From assembly GCA_036172245.1 (NCBI GenBank), contig JAYWIR010000033.1, forward strand, positions 248,001-312,000: a stretch of DNA of 64,000 nt. The letters run 5' to 3'. Numbering within the stretch: the stretch's first letter is position 1; each line of letters starts with the position of its first letter. The notes beneath the pieces were generated by a model, which worked only from the letters and a program-made list of their open reading frames with translations, was not told where the DNA came from and did not search any database. The translations under genes were made by a program, and so were the position numbers. Shown here in pieces: positions 32,928 through 46,800 of the stretch. The stretch comes from Raillietiella orientalis. Lineage: Eukaryota.

Positions 32928-35630
32928 ATTTCAACAGGATTTCGCCGGTGCGTTTATAGCTAAATTAACGTTTACAAAGAAGTTCAGTGGCAGGGTTAAT
33001 GCTCCAGGCACGCGCGAAAAAACACAGAGCCTTCCGGTTCACCGGTTCGCCGACCGGAACGGTCCACCAAGGGAGAAGTGGAAGGAGGATAAAACAAAAA
33101 ACTAAACAGAAGAATCAAAGAGTGGGAGGGAACGGAAAGGGATCACTTTTGCTGCTGGGGCTGCATCGTTCCTCTCAGGAAGCTGGCAAGCTCTGGTTGC
33201 ATTTAAGATATAGGTTTGGCCATCGCGACACTTTCCTCAGGAATTGGTAGGCGCACTGGATGGCATCCTGATCGCTTGGTACTCCCGCCGCCGTGCTCAA
33301 GGCGGCGACGTTCCCACGAAGGCAGCTCAAGGCTACTATCGAGGACGCTGGCCGAGGGGCGTCAGCAACGAAGAAGGCTTTTAGAGAGTCATCTTGGTTG
33401 CCGCATAAGATAATCACGGCCGCGGCAAAGCGGAAACAGAGGAACCCAAGAGCAACACGATCCACTAAGAGGTAAGGGAGGGAGTCCCGTTCCCGCACCT
33501 CACACATTTGGGGTCCATTGCTTCCCAGTTCCAGTGTTGTCGGCGGGGTTGCTGGGGAGTCTCCAATGCTGCAACAGGAGCGCCGATTCCTGCCATTTTA
33601 AAAGGAGGTTAAAAGTGTGCATAAGAAACAAGGGCCACTTCAGATTTTCATTCGGGACATGGAGCAGCGCTTCCCAGCGCAGAAGTACATAGAGAGGTGT
33701 ACTCTCGGTCGCAGCATTCGTTAACTTTCCCGCCTTCCACTCTCTCTGTGGCATCTCCTTCCCGGAGATTTTTAGTGTAACCTCCCACTTTGAAGAAACA
33801 TCGCTGTCCAAATCTTCAAGTAGAAAGTCCAGTGCAGCAGCGAGAGGGGCTCTACCTTCCCACGGTCTCCACTTAAAATCCTAAAAGATCTCACGGAGCG
33901 TGCAACTCCTGTAACCCCCAAACAGGAACCGTCGTTCCTGTTGAGAGCGTTGCATGCCGAACTGTTACCACGTTCGAACGGTATCTCGCAATCAGGCACT
34001 ACCGTACGCCTGGAGACAGGTGAACCATCTCTATACTTGTTAGCGCAGCTACCCTCCGTAGCTAAAGTCCGCATCCGTAATCGCGGCGACAAAGTGCAAG
34101 AAAGGACGTGAGTTCCGTCTTCCTGGTGGCTTGCTGAAGTTGGAGACGTGCAGGGATGCACCAGCAGGTGCACCACAACTCCGGAACAAGTGCCAACATT
34201 CGGAATTAGAGCAGAAGCTTTAGGCGCTATAATGTCAAGAGGCCGAGAGCACCGTGCCGACGCGGAGCACACAAGTCCTTTATGCCGACTCGGGCCCACT
34301 TGTTGCCCCAAAGGGCGATACGGAGGAGGTCCTTCGTTCGCTTTTTGATCCTCTTTGTGGGGGGGCAAACAAGAAGCAGGTTCCGGAGGAAAGGGGCCGC
34401 GAACGGGTTCCAAACCGCGGTCCGTTCAGGCAGAAGAAATCTGCCGCCTCGGAGAGTTCCGATCGCCGTCTCTACATTCTGGAGGCAGCCGAACCACGCT
34501 TCCGCAGGGGAGTAGTACCTTAACGGCACACCAAGTTACTTGAAGTAACTCACGGTGGAAATCCCCAAACGGACCCAGTCCTGGCACCCTGCCTACGCCG
34601 AACCAACTGGAATCACGGACGACTTCGCCTAGTTCACCGTAAGTCCGGTTCCCCGATCCAGCAGGTCGAGGATCTCCATGAATACAAAGCCCGTTTGGAC
34701 ATAGGGAACAGCAGCAGAAGGTCGTCCTCGCAAGCTGAAACCGCGATCGAAGCGTCGCAGTCGAACGGCAGGTGCGCCAGAGTTTCCCTGTACGCTCTCA
34801 GTTCCAACTCAATGTAGGTACTGAAGAGCAACCTCCTCTGGCTCTCTCCCTTTTGTTTGCCACGTTGCAGTGGCACGCCGCGCACGGTCTGCCCGCTGCA
34901 AGTAAGACTCATTAGCGCGTAGCTCCAACTGGGGCTCTGATAGACTAATAATGAGGCCGGAAAGCTTAAGCGTTCCAAAAGCTCCAGCAGGAGATTCTCG
35001 TCGACGCTTTCGAATGCTTTACGCAAGTCGAAAGTGACCGTAAGAGCTCCCTTCATCACCCAACCATGCGTCTAATGGCTGACGAACTTTGCCGAATTTC
35101 CGTTGCGCATCAAATCCCTTACCTGTTGGAGCTCCATCGAGGTGGAAGCGTGGAACAGGTTCGCCTCCCTACTTCGCACGGGAACAGCATACGTCTGTTC
35201 CGCGCTAATGAAGGCGTTTGCAACCCCTCCCAAGCCCTCAACCCAAACCTTAGCTATCAACTTTGCATCCGCATTCACAATTGTGATAGGACGCCAGTTG
35301 TTCATGCTCCTCAGATCTTTTCCCTTACGGAGAAGTTGCATTTCGGCCGAACGGAACGAGGCGGGAACGTCATCTGTCTTGCGTATGAGCAAGGAGAGTT
35401 GATGTACGAAGGGGTTAGCTCAACCGCGAAAGTTTGATTAAACTCCCCGGACAGGCCGTCCTCCCTTAGAGCATTGTGTTTCTAGAGCTTTCCGATGACC
35501 GTGATGATCTCGTCCATCATAAAAAACTCGTCGAGGGAGTTTTTCTCCTCCTCTCCGATCGCATGAGCGCCTTTTGGAAGCAAAAGGCGTGAGAAATTGC
35601 ACTCGGAAGGCGCCCTGGCGTACAGGGAGG
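32928..35630 (-). mobile_element. Element H: D-like ORF2 3' portion (RT-zinc finger) and 3' UTR, decayed
   Basis: NWRPITIVNADAK, DLRKAFESV, CEDD in place of YADD. Degenerate terminal motif at 32928-32958. Confidence 0.9.
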
Positions 35631-37430
35631 CGTGCGGACGTGTTTTTGCTGCGCTCCTGCAGCAGAAGTTTACGAAGCTTTTTTTTGTATGTTTGTGAGT
35701 GGTGCATCGCTGGTGTCCCATGGCAGTAACGCCTGAGGGCCCTGCGATGGAGATTGCAGGGGCAAAGGCTTGTTCCTCTCCGCAACCCACGCACATGGGG
35801 GAAAACACCCCCACGGAGGAGAGGGCAACGGTCGCCTGGAAAAAGGAGGCAACTTTGTTCTGGAAAACGGTGCAACCGCCGCCTAAGAAAAGAAGGCAAA
35901 CGCCCTCCTGGAAAAGGGTGAAACCTCCTTTTTGGAAAAGGGGACAACTGCGTCCGCGGTTCCGTGTTCTCCAAACACGAAAACGTAAAGCTCCGTGGCT
36001 TTAGCGCCATTTCCGGCAGACTTCGCAGAACAGCACGCCTACCTGGAAGAAAGATACATGCCATCCTTGATCTACAAGGTAGAAAATCTGTTCGTTGGAA
36101 ATGACACTTGCAATTCCGAGAAGGAACTGCAACGGCTACAAGTTAAAGAAAAGGACCTGGAAGGTCTGTCAGTTCTCAGTGGGGGCCTGCGGGTGGAGCT
36201 TAATTGCAGAGATGCAAGCATGTCTCAACGCCTGCTGAATACTCCCCTCATGTTGAAAGGCGGGAAGTTCTTCCCAGTAACCGAGGATCGCTCTGTATTA
36301 GGGCATCTCACATGGGTAACCCTTCGCATGTCAAAAACTGGCGTGAAGGAGAAATTGAGTCAATTCAGAACTGTAAAAGCGGTATGGCCCAAGTCAAACG
36401 TCTCCAAAGGCTACGGAAGATTGTTCAGTAGTACGGCTCCAGCGCGTGTGGCCTTTCACGAGAACGGTGGGCAACCCCACTAACTCGACGTCGTCAACAA
36501 GATCGTCGACTTCTGGTACGTTGGTTAACCCAAGTACTGTGGACACTGCGATGCCACAGGGCACCTCAATAAACGATGCCCCCACATCCATTGTTTTCAC
36601 TGCGGCGAAAAAAAACACCTGTTGAAGATGTTTCTGGAACGCGAAACCCCGGTTCCCCCTGCTTTGAAAAAAGCCAAGGGGAAACTCGCGGGGCAAATGG
36701 AAAAGCCTAAGAAGGCACAAAAGGGGCGGAACCCACTGCCAGAGCTTGAACCCGTGCAGCAAATGCCGGTCGAGGATAATCAGGACGAGGCTGGAGAGAG
36801 CGAAGTCTGGCATAAGGCGAAGCGGAAAAGTAAAAAAATCAAGAAAACCGAAGGTACGACAGCGGAACACGCGATATCTCCTTTAAATAGGAGGCAACGC
36901 CGCGCATTGCTCCGCGAATGTTCGGTTTCCTTGGAGCGCGTGGAGGTCCCCGAGACCGAAACCGGGGGAGATATCCGCCGCCTCGTTGACGACGAAGTCG
37001 CGACCACGGAAGGCAAACCCTCTGTGCAAACAGAGGAAGAACTGCGCGACGCGCTCGGCGCAATCGAAGAGGCCGGCTTCCAGCAGGCAGCGGAACAGCT
37101 CGCGGCCGAACTCGCGAACCGTGAGAACGGCGCGAGAAAGGCCTTGCGAAGGCCAGCCGCGACAAGAGCACCTCCGACTGGTCACCACGACCCGGATTCC
37201 GAAAGTGCGTCCTCCTCGGCAAAGGCGCCTCCAAAGACGACTGGGCGGAAGTTCAAGAATTCGAAGAGGCGCATCGCGACGAGAAAGGAGGGGGACGCAC
37301 TGGCAGCCGAGGGGGAAGCCGACACCTTGGGAACGGAGGAAGGAATTTTCCCACCATCCGCTACCGAGCAGCTGGCCAACCCTATGGAGGAGGGGGAGCA
37401 GGTAAGTGATTGCTTCCCCCTTCCATCGGT
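35630..37430 (+). mobile_element. Element F: 5' end and ORF1 (E-type)
   Basis: 5' GCGTGCGGACGTGTTTTT; YMPSLIYKV, FPVTEDRS, CGHCDATGHLNKRC. Confidence 0.9.
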
Positions 37431-37431
37431 G

Positions 37432-39140
37432 GGCCGACGTGTGTTTCCTTTGTTCCCGAGTGAGTCGACAGGAAGCGGTTTCTTTCGTGTTGTTTTTGTG
37501 TGGAACGTCGTTGGTGTCGGAAAGCAACCTTTCCTGAGAACTCCACGATGGAGGTAGTTGTGGAAGAGGCTTGTCCATCTTCACAGCCTACTGGATCAGG
37601 GGCATCCGCCCCAAAGTCATCCCCGGCAACTCCGAGTACGTGAAGCGCCATGGTGGATGCGTTTAGCGCAACAACCATGGCGGAGATGGCCGACTACCGG
37701 GCAGCTGGGTACAAGCCCAGCTTAGTATACCGGGCAGGCATTCTTTTTGAGAGGCGAACTGCACGCGCATTTACGAAGGCGCTCCAGAACACCAACGTAC
37801 TAGAAAAGGATCTTAATGGTCTATCTATGCTTAGCGGGGGTAAGCGCGTCTAGTTTGTCTGTAAGGACATCACCTTCGCGCAAAATCTGATCACCACCCC
37901 GCTAAAAATGAATGAGCGCATGATCCTGCCAGTGACCATGGACCGCTCTGGAGTGGTCCATCTGACCGGTATCACAATCCGCATGACAAGGTCTGCGGTT
38001 GGTAAGGAACTGCAGAAGTTTGGTGAGGTAGACGCGAAGTGACCAAATGCCACTATCTTCGAGGGCTACCATAGCCTTTTCGTAGGGCAGCCCGCCGCGC
38101 TGATAACTGTGAACGAGGGTGGAGCGCCACCTTACAAGTTGGAGGTCTGCCAGGAAGCGGTAGACATCTGGTACGTAAGGAAACGCCGCTACTGTGGGTA
38201 CTGTAACATAGTAGGGAACATCCGCAAAAGGTGCCTAAATATACAGTGTCACCTGCGCGGGAAGCGGGGCCACGTTCGGCGAGTGTGTTCCAAGCGCCCT
38301 ACCGCGGTGCAACCTACCGTCAAACAGGCGCAAGTGAAAAAGACGAAGAAGATTGCAAGACCTATATTTGAAAGTGGCCCGCAGAAAGTGCCAGCACCTC
38401 AACCTTGGAAGCAAAAATCGGAGGAACAATCTTCTTAAGTGGTGGGAGAGGCAGACGCTTGCAAGGATGTAAAAGCCCGTAAGGAAAAAAGGTTCTCAAC
38501 CAGGAAGCCGCGAGAGCGGAGAAAAAGCCGGCCGGTAAGGAGACAAAACCTGGGTTGCGCTCAAAAACTTAGCATGAGTGCACGATGGCACTCGAATGCA
38601 TTGGTGTTCCCGAGGTTGCCACCCGGGGCGACAAGCCTCTTCTCGCCGTTGCCGCCGCGTTTGAAGCTTACGACGGGGAATTCTCTGTGCAAACAGAGCG
38701 TGAGCCGAGGGAGGCGCTAGCCGAAAGCGAGGACGTTGCATTTGCGCAGGTGGCGGAGCCCGCGACCACACTGGTTGAACGTGAGAACCTCTCTCTCTAG
38801 GCCTTGCGAAGGCTGGATCCGGCAAAGAAGGCCTTCACAGGTGAGTTAGACCTGAGGTCAAGAAGCATATCCTCCTCCTCGGAGTCTCCCCCCAGAAAGT
38901 CGGGACGCAAGTCCGAAGAAGCCCAGGAAGTGCCTCCCCTCCACCAGCGATGAGGAGAAGCAAGAAGGTAGCGGAAGAGTGGGAATCCCGGAGAGAAAAG
39001 TCCCACGCTCGGAAGCCGTCGAGACGTCCACCTCCATGGAGGAGGGTGAGTTGGCGGGTTATGTCCTCCCTGCAGTCGCCAAGTATGGAAAGCCCGCCCT
39101 TATGGAGGAGGGCCAACAGGTGCCCAACGTCTGCTACGTA
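37432..39140 (+). mobile_element. Element I: 5' end and ORF1, decayed
   Basis: GYKPSLVYR, CGYCNIVGNIRKRC, CHLRGKRGHVRRVC. Homologous to 59355-61190. Confidence 0.85.
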
Positions 39141-39945
39141 CACCTGTTTTTTTGGGGAATGGCCGGCTCCACCCCTTCACGGAGGATAGATCCATCGTAA
39201 CCCACCTCCTCGGAATCACCTTCCGGATGGCCAAAGAGGCTGTCCGAAAGGAATTATTAAAATTTGGCACCGTGAACGCACTGTGGAAAAAGCCGACTCC
39301 GTTCTGGGAGTATAATCTTCCCAATTGCGGTCAGGCTTTTGCGCGTATCACGGTCCGCGAGGTTTGCTCCTTACCAAACAAGTTGGAGGTCAACGGAGAG
39401 CCCGTTGACTTCTAGTATGTTGGTAAGCCGCATTTTTGCAGGCATTGCAGCACTTCAGGTCACCTGAAAAAAAGGTGTCCCCACTTGCAGTGCAAGCAAT
39501 GCCAAAAACCCAGGTACTCTTTTCCGGTGTGCCCTCCAAATGAAGTCCGCGTCGCGTCCGCACGGAATGCTAAGAAGCGCGCGGCCAAAAAAAAAAGAGT
39601 TCTGGCAGCGCGAGAGCGAGCCGCCGCTAAAGAACAAGCAATCGTGCCCCAAATGAATGTCCGCTCCGAGATCCCGGAATACTCGGACAAGGTCGAGGAG
39701 AATGGTTAGGAACATGGATGGCAGGTAGTAAGATCCAAGTGGCAGAAAAACCTCAAGGAACCAAAAAAAAAATTTTGCTAAACGCAGCGAGAATCTGCCG
39801 CGTTGCGTAAAGATCAAACTTTGCTCTGTCGTCATCAAGCGCATTCCTGCGGTCGAACACAGCGGCGAAATTGAACTCTTCGCTGCCGACTCTCAACCTT
39901 ACGGAAAATTAATGCCGGAGGATATCGAACTTGCGGTGGTGCCCG
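39141..39945 (+). mobile_element. D-like ORF1 fragment
   Basis: FTEDRSIVTHLLGITFRMAKEAVRKEL; CRHCSTSGHLKKRC. Confidence 0.82.
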
Positions 39946-39946
39946 T

Positions 39947-42398
39947 CGTTTATTACCCGGTTGCGCCGGGACGTTTATTATAATATCAACTGGGAACTGT
40001 GTTCCCAGGCAAGGAGAACAGAAAATGGGGAGTAGATTTTCCGGAACGCAGTCCGGGCATACTGAGAGTTCGGAACGGAAGGGGGTGGGACAATGAAAAA
40101 ATAAATTGGTTGGGAGGGAGGGGACAGGGGTATACATTCTAACCGTTCCTATCCTCAGTACCGGCGGTGAATGCCGCCGATCTCCGTCCTCACTTCTGCT
40201 CCAAGATGTGGCCACCCGGCAGCCATTTGCAGGTTGCAGGCTGCGGTGTCGGGGACCGATGTTGGGACACCTCGCATCTGCAATACGTGGCGAACCGTGA
40301 CAATGGCGCGGACCAAGCAGATGATTGCGACGACTGCTTCAAGAGAAAGTCCGCCACGCGTGTAGAAACGGCGCATCCAATCCAGTGCGGTGTGTCATGG
40401 GTGCAGGAGCGCTGAAGACAGCCGCTGCCACAGCTCCTGGAGGGCACCGCACTAAAAGAGCAAATGCGGAAGCGACTCCACCGCTTCGCATTTGGCGCAG
40501 TCCGGGGACGCAACTCCCCCGGAAATCAGGTGCGCCCGCTAGTTTCAGTACAAACCCCAATGCACCAGCAGAAAAGCGTCCTGCTTCCACCGAAAGGGGA
40601 ACAGAGTTGCGTCCAAACACGCAGAAGGGACCACAAGTTCATCGGTGGGCACCACGAGGAGCTTACTCCACCGGAGAAGCCCCTTTGCAAGAATGCGAGG
40701 TGTGGCAACGTGTGCCACTTCGCAAGTCAGCCAGCCGCCCAGCAGTCGGCTTTCGCCTGCGATTTCGCAAGTGATCTCCCACCTCGCCGGCAGGTCACTG
40801 TCATCTCGCACCATAAGTGCACACAGTGCTTCGGCGAGTGGCGCAGCGGCTGGGCGTGTCCACTAGTCCTGGTCTTCCAGCACCTCCCCCACTGGACAGT
40901 ATGGGGCAAGGTTCATGCAACGGAGTTCCAAACGGGACACCTCCTGTTTCGCAGCCCAGAACGATAAGGCTCCCTGCCTCCAGGCGTTGAAGTTCGTCGG
41001 CCGGCAGGAGATCCACTCATGCTTTCCCAGAAGCGTGGCGAGCTGCTTCAAAGGGAAGCCGAATCCTCTCTGGGCGCGCTCCGTGCGCCGTTGCAACGAA
41101 CGCAGTCGTTCGCCGCCCGTGGAGCGCCGCAGCAGAAGACGCGCTGGAGCACACCAGGGAGAGTCGATAGCTGGCTGCAAAGTGCCAGCATGCGCAACTG
41201 CTCCAGCAGTCCCATCCGCTCCAGCGTCAAAATGCCCAATCCTGCATCCCGCCGAGAAGCCGCCAGATCGTTGAGGCGAATCCTGGACTTTGACAGTCCC
41301 AACAAGGCTTTTCGCTACAGGCGTAACCTTCGACGCCTAGCCGAGAAGGAAGGCGGAAAAACAAAAAAGAATGGACAGAGTAGGAGGACCACGAAAATGT
41401 TCCACACGAAGGCCCGTTCCGACAGGAGAAACCTGCCGCCTTGGAACGGGCCCAGAGCAGTCTCGGTTTTGTGAAGGCAGTCCGCCCACGCTTCTGCTGG
41501 ACAGAAGGCGCCCAAGGGAATGCCGAGGTACGTCAAGCACCTGATCGTGGGGATCTTCAGGCGGATCCAGTCGGACTGCTCCTCCCACGTAGAGCCAACC
41601 GGTACAACGGTTGATTTCGTTTTGTTGACGCTCAGGCCCGCTCCCCGACGAATAAGCTCGAAGAAGTCCTCGAGCCTGGACGCCAGGGTGAACATGAACA
41701 GCAGCAGGAGAACGTCGTCAGCATAGGCGGCCACGGCCAATGTTCCCGGGCAGGAGCTCGGCAGGTTGGCAAGCGTGAGCCTGTACGCCCTCAGCACCAA
41801 CTGAAAGAAGTTGCTGAAGAGCAGGGGGCTTAAGCTGTCTCCCTGCCTGATACCCCGCCGTATGGGTATGTCGTACACGTGGCGCTCGCTGAAAGAGATA
41901 CAGAATAACGCGTGACGCCAGCAGGAGCTCAAGTAGGCGATGAGGTGCGTCGGGAGGCCTAGGCGTCCCACAAGCTTCAGATGGAGGTCATGGTTTACGC
42001 TGTCGAACGCTTTGCAGAAATCGACGGCGACCGCTAAGGCTCCCAACGTTCCATCGTGCCTTGAACACAGCCGCTTACCTTAGGCAGCAGCGATTTCGGC
42101 TGCCTGGCTCTGCTGCGCCACGCGCTGCTGCAACTCGAACCATGTTCGCGCGAAGAAGAGATTCGCGTCCATGAACCGCCCCGGAACAGCATGCGACTGC
42201 TCCGGACTTAGCAAGGACTCCGCGATTCTCCCCAAGCGCGCTAATTATAGCCTGGAGAAAAACTTGACGTCCGAATTCACCAAGGTGATCGGACGCCAGT
42301 TGCTAAGGTGGCGCAATTCACCGCCTTTGGGCAGGAGCCGCACCTTTTCTGAGCGGAAAGAAGCGAGAACATCTCCAGTCTCACGCATCTGCGACGAT
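39947..42398 (-). mobile_element. Element J: B-like ORF2 3' portion (RT-zinc finger) and 3' UTR
   Basis: NWRPITLVNSDVK, GIRQGDSLSPLLF, AAYADD. Terminal hairpin at 39952-39979. Confidence 0.92.
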
Positions 42399-43881
42399 CG
42401 CGTACGGACGTTATTTTGCGTCGCTCCGCGGTAGATTGGCTCTTGTGTGTTTTTGCTCTGCTGTGCTTCTGTGCTGCAATGGGAGCAAAGAAGAACATCA
42501 GCCGCAAGGGAACGCCACCTGCTCCTGAGATGGCTGCTTCGGCTGCTAGCAAGAAGCCTCTGTGTTCGCCGACGGCGAGGACATTCGCTTAGGTTGCTGC
42601 CGTCGCGGCTACGATGGGTCCTTCCCCCGACAGCCCTGAGCTTCAGGCGTATGAAGCAAATGGCTACACGCCTGCACTCAGGTATAAGGTAAGTGTCCTT
42701 ATGCCTGAGCGGGTTGGGCGCGAGTTTAGACAGGAACTGCAACGGATTGGAGTTCAAAAAGGCCAACTGGAGTCCATCATGCCCATGAGTGGGTGCGGCT
42801 ACTGGGAGGTGTCCAGTAAGGACGCTCTCCTTAAGCAGCGTTTGCTGCACACGCCGCTGCTCATTCGTGGGCAGGAAATACTCCCTGTCACAACGGACCA
42901 GTCGTTCGTTGTCCGGCTCAGTGGAGTGTGTAAGGGCCTTTCGGACCGTCAGGTCGTGGAGGCCCTTTAAAAATTCGCTACCGTTTAAGCGCTTTCGAGA
43001 CTGCCAAACCCTGCTGAAGGGTTCGAAGACCACCACAGCGCGCTCGCGCAAGTGCGAGTGACGATGAAGGATCGCCGTGCAATGCCCACGCGACTGCAGG
43101 TGAATGGAATGACCGTCCGCCTGTGGTTTGCCGGGCAAACGCGTGTATGCGCGGAATGTGGGCAGGAGGGTCACCGCATTACGAAGTGTCCCTCGGACGC
43201 TTGCCGTTACTGCCACGAGAACGGGCAGACTAAAGGAACGTGCTTGGAGCTCCTTTGAAAAAACGAACAGCGCAGGAACGAATCGCGTTCCGCATTGCGG
43301 AATAATCGCCGCGAATCGAGAGAAAGAAACATCAAAGCTCCGAAAAGCGTTGCGAAAACCGCGACCACGCACGTGCAAAAAACTGTTTCACGCTTCCACA
43401 AAGAAGGTGTGAAAAACACAAAAAACTCGTCACGGCAAAGCCTCCGGCTATCGACCCGAAGGAAGCTCGCGAAGAATGCGAACTTTCTACGAGACCTCGC
43501 AGCCAATTGTTGAATGCAGGAGACATTGTGCCGAAGGTCAAAGAGCCTCGTACTGTCAGCATCACGACCGCGAAGCCTCGTACCAAGGCCTCGACGAGCG
43601 GCGCGGAATGCGGTCGTTCGCCCGATACGGGAAAAACGCGCCCGCGGGCAAGGAACACCGCGCCGTCTGAAGCTACCGCGGCCAAGGTGCCCCAGGCACC
43701 GAGTGCCGCGAAGAAACAGCCGGCAAACCCGCAGTCCTCGCGCGCGGACGCAGCGCCTACTGCGGCCAAGGAAGAAACTGCTAGGGAGAGCACAACCGCT
43801 ACAGCAGTGCCCCCAACGGTCGCAAAGGCAACGCGCGAACCCTCCGATCTGGAAGAGGCAGCGCCTCTCGCGATCGCTAGG
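42399..43881 (+). mobile_element. Element C: 5' end and ORF1
   Basis: 5' GCGTACGGACGTTATTTT; GYTPALRYKV, VTTDQSFVV, CAECGQEGHRITKC. Confidence 0.88.
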
Positions 43882-46800
43882 TTTCCCCAAGTCCCACAAG
43901 GGGTGGGGTAAGTTTATTTTTCAATAAAAATACAATATTTACATTCGCACTCTCATTCACTCAATACAAACATTTTGCACTTGGGGGTCCTTGGGTTGCA
44001 CTAGAGTTCTGCTTTTCAGGGGGGAATTCCAGCTGGATGGTCCCGGGCGTCGTCCTGGATCCTCTTCAGGATGAATCGGTACGCATAGGCGTGGATCTTC
44101 CCGCAGTTACTGATGCCGATTTCCCTCTTCAAGAGCCCTTGTAGGATCTCCATCGGTGGTGCGGCTCTCCTGGCTTTCCTCATTTTCCACCACCGCACAA
44201 GTATGGCGGTGATGAAGAGGGCTATGGTCGTCCTAACCATGGGATTGTAACAGGGAACATTACCATCCCCATGAAACATCCCGGAGAGGATCTCTATAAC
44301 GGACTTGTTGCTAAGTCCTATGATCCTTTTCAGGATCAGCCAGTCATGCAGCAGTGTGGGACACGTAAAGACGTGAAGTCTCGTGTCGTCGTCTCCACGT
44401 GCTGCGCAGTCGCGGTCTTCCCGTCTTCCTGTGAAGTGCTGCAATCGGGACCCACTCTGGATTCCTCCATGATAGAACATCAGGAGGTCATCCTGGGTGC
44501 CCGGCGGAAGGTCACTCCTCCAGAGCGCCGTGCCGATCGCTAACAGGTTGAACCGTTTACTCCCGTAGCGTTCGGTGGCTTCCTGGAGGGCACTGGTGTC
44601 ACGGTCGTTTCCTTGGATAAGCCTTCGGAGGTTTGTTCTGGTTACCGTCGACCATGCGAAGTCGTTGTGGTAGAACCATACTTCGCGGGTTCTGTGGGTA
44701 AACCTTCCTAACATCATCTCTGTATACCGAAGTATACGAGTTTGATGTAGGTAGCCTCCTCGCCTCCACTCCTGGATTTGCAGTAGGGTAACTCTGGCCC
44801 GCTAGTAGATCCAGCTTCTCGTGTCCGGCGGGACAGGAAGCATCCAAGGGATCACCAGGATGTACTCGTCCTGCCAGAGTTTCCTGCTTAGCGGCACGAT
44901 CTTGATTTGGTACTTCCGCACCAGCCGTTGCTTCCTCCTCCAGGTCGGGTCGATTGTTATCCATTCCCCTACTTTGCCTAGCAGCGCAGTCATCAGGCCT
45001 TTCGAGTTGTTAAGTAACAACGCGTAGGCCCTGTGCGCCGCATACGGCCAGTCATCCCAGTGAGTGGCAATGTCCAGGATGTGTCGCGTTTCCATGATTT
45101 CCATGGAATGTGCAAGCGACTTCATCCCGGAACCGCCTTCTTCCCTGGGACGACACAAGGGTTTCAGTCTTACTCTTGGGCGATAGTGGCCCCAGAGTGT
45201 TTTTCTTTGCAGCTTGTCGAACTCCCTAGTAGTGTCCTCGTTCATCCTCGCGAATTCCGTCCCGAAGAGCACTTTCAGAAGGAGTACTCCGTTCCATATT
45301 TTGGCCTTTCGCTTCATTCCAAGGTCCGTTCGGGTGTACTTGGCTGCTTCCTTCGCCGTTTTCCCTAGGATCTCGGTCCACAATAGCTTCGACGCGGAGA
45401 CGTCGCCGATGTAGACTCCCAGTCACTTGGCCGTGTCCACCGCATGGAATCCACTATTCGTTAGAGTAGAGAGGTTCAGAATTCCGACGGGCAAAAGCTG
45501 GCTCTTCTGATAATTGATTTTTAAGCCCAAGCCCTGTTCCTTCAGGTCCAGCACATCCAGAAACACACGCTGATTTTTCACTCCTTTGATGAAAAAGAGT
45601 AGATCATCGGCGTATGCCAGATGGGTAAGACGCAGGTCATCGATGGTAATCCCGCTCAGTCGTCCGCTCTTCTCGATAAAGAACGACAAGCCTCCATATA
45701 GATAACGAAGAGCATCCGAATTAGCGACTCGCCCTGTCGGACTCCTCGTTCCATCCTAATTGCTGCCGTCTCCTGGCCGTTGATCTCGATCCGGCAGTAC
45801 TGGTTCTGGAGTACCGCCCAAACGAAGTTGCTGATGTGTTCCGTAAGCCTTAGCATCTTAAGAACCTTCAGCAGCATCCCGTGTTCGATAGAGTCGAAAA
45901 CCTTCTCCATGTCAGTGAACACCAGCACCAGGTTCTCGCCGACGTATCGTCTGAGTCCGACCGTGGCCTGGGCACACTTGACATTGTCCGACATGTGTTG
46001 TCCTGGAACTGCACATGTCTGAACCGGAGAAATCATCCTCGACGTGACCTTGCCTAAGCGGTTGGACCAGATCTTCGCCAACCACTTTGTATCGGAGTTT
46101 AGGATCGAGATTGGACTGCATTGGGCGATCTGGGTAGAGTCGCCTCCTTTCGGCAGCAATCTCATCCGACTCTCGTAGAAGGACTGAGGTAGTCTGCCTT
46201 CTTCCCGGATGCAGAGGGTCAAATGGTGGAACAAGCGCAGGTAGGCGTGCAGGTACCGCTGATAGTGCGTGATGGGTACACTGTCAGGGCCCGCTGCCAC
46301 GTCCTTGCGAAGTTGCCCAAACGCAGTCTTCACCTCTTCTTCGGAGAACTCCTCCTCCAGTCTGTTCTGCTGGAGGTCGTCGGTCCTCTTTTCGAGATAG
46401 CCCAAGAAGGCCTGTTGACTAGAGCGACACAGCTGTTGTCGCCTGAAGTGTTTCGTGTACTGCCTGTGAAAGGCATCCACAATGTCCTCACACGAATGTC
46501 GCTTTTGGCCGTCGTACTGGATGCAGAAGATATCTGTTGCCAGATTTCTCTTCTCCAGCACGCCGACTTCCCCTTTTATGTTATTGAGGACGTACCGACT
46601 CTCGTACTGATCGAAGTACTTTGAGAGGGAGCGATCTTGGATGTTCAGCTCCCGTTACGCCTCTTGCCTCGAGCGCCTATCCCCGAACTACATGTTCGCA
46701 AACAGGTGTATCCTGTGTTTCAGCCTGTCCCAGTCGGCGACTCCTCGGATTGTTATTGCCATCAGAATTGCCTCCAGTACAGCCTGATGTCCAGGATGGG

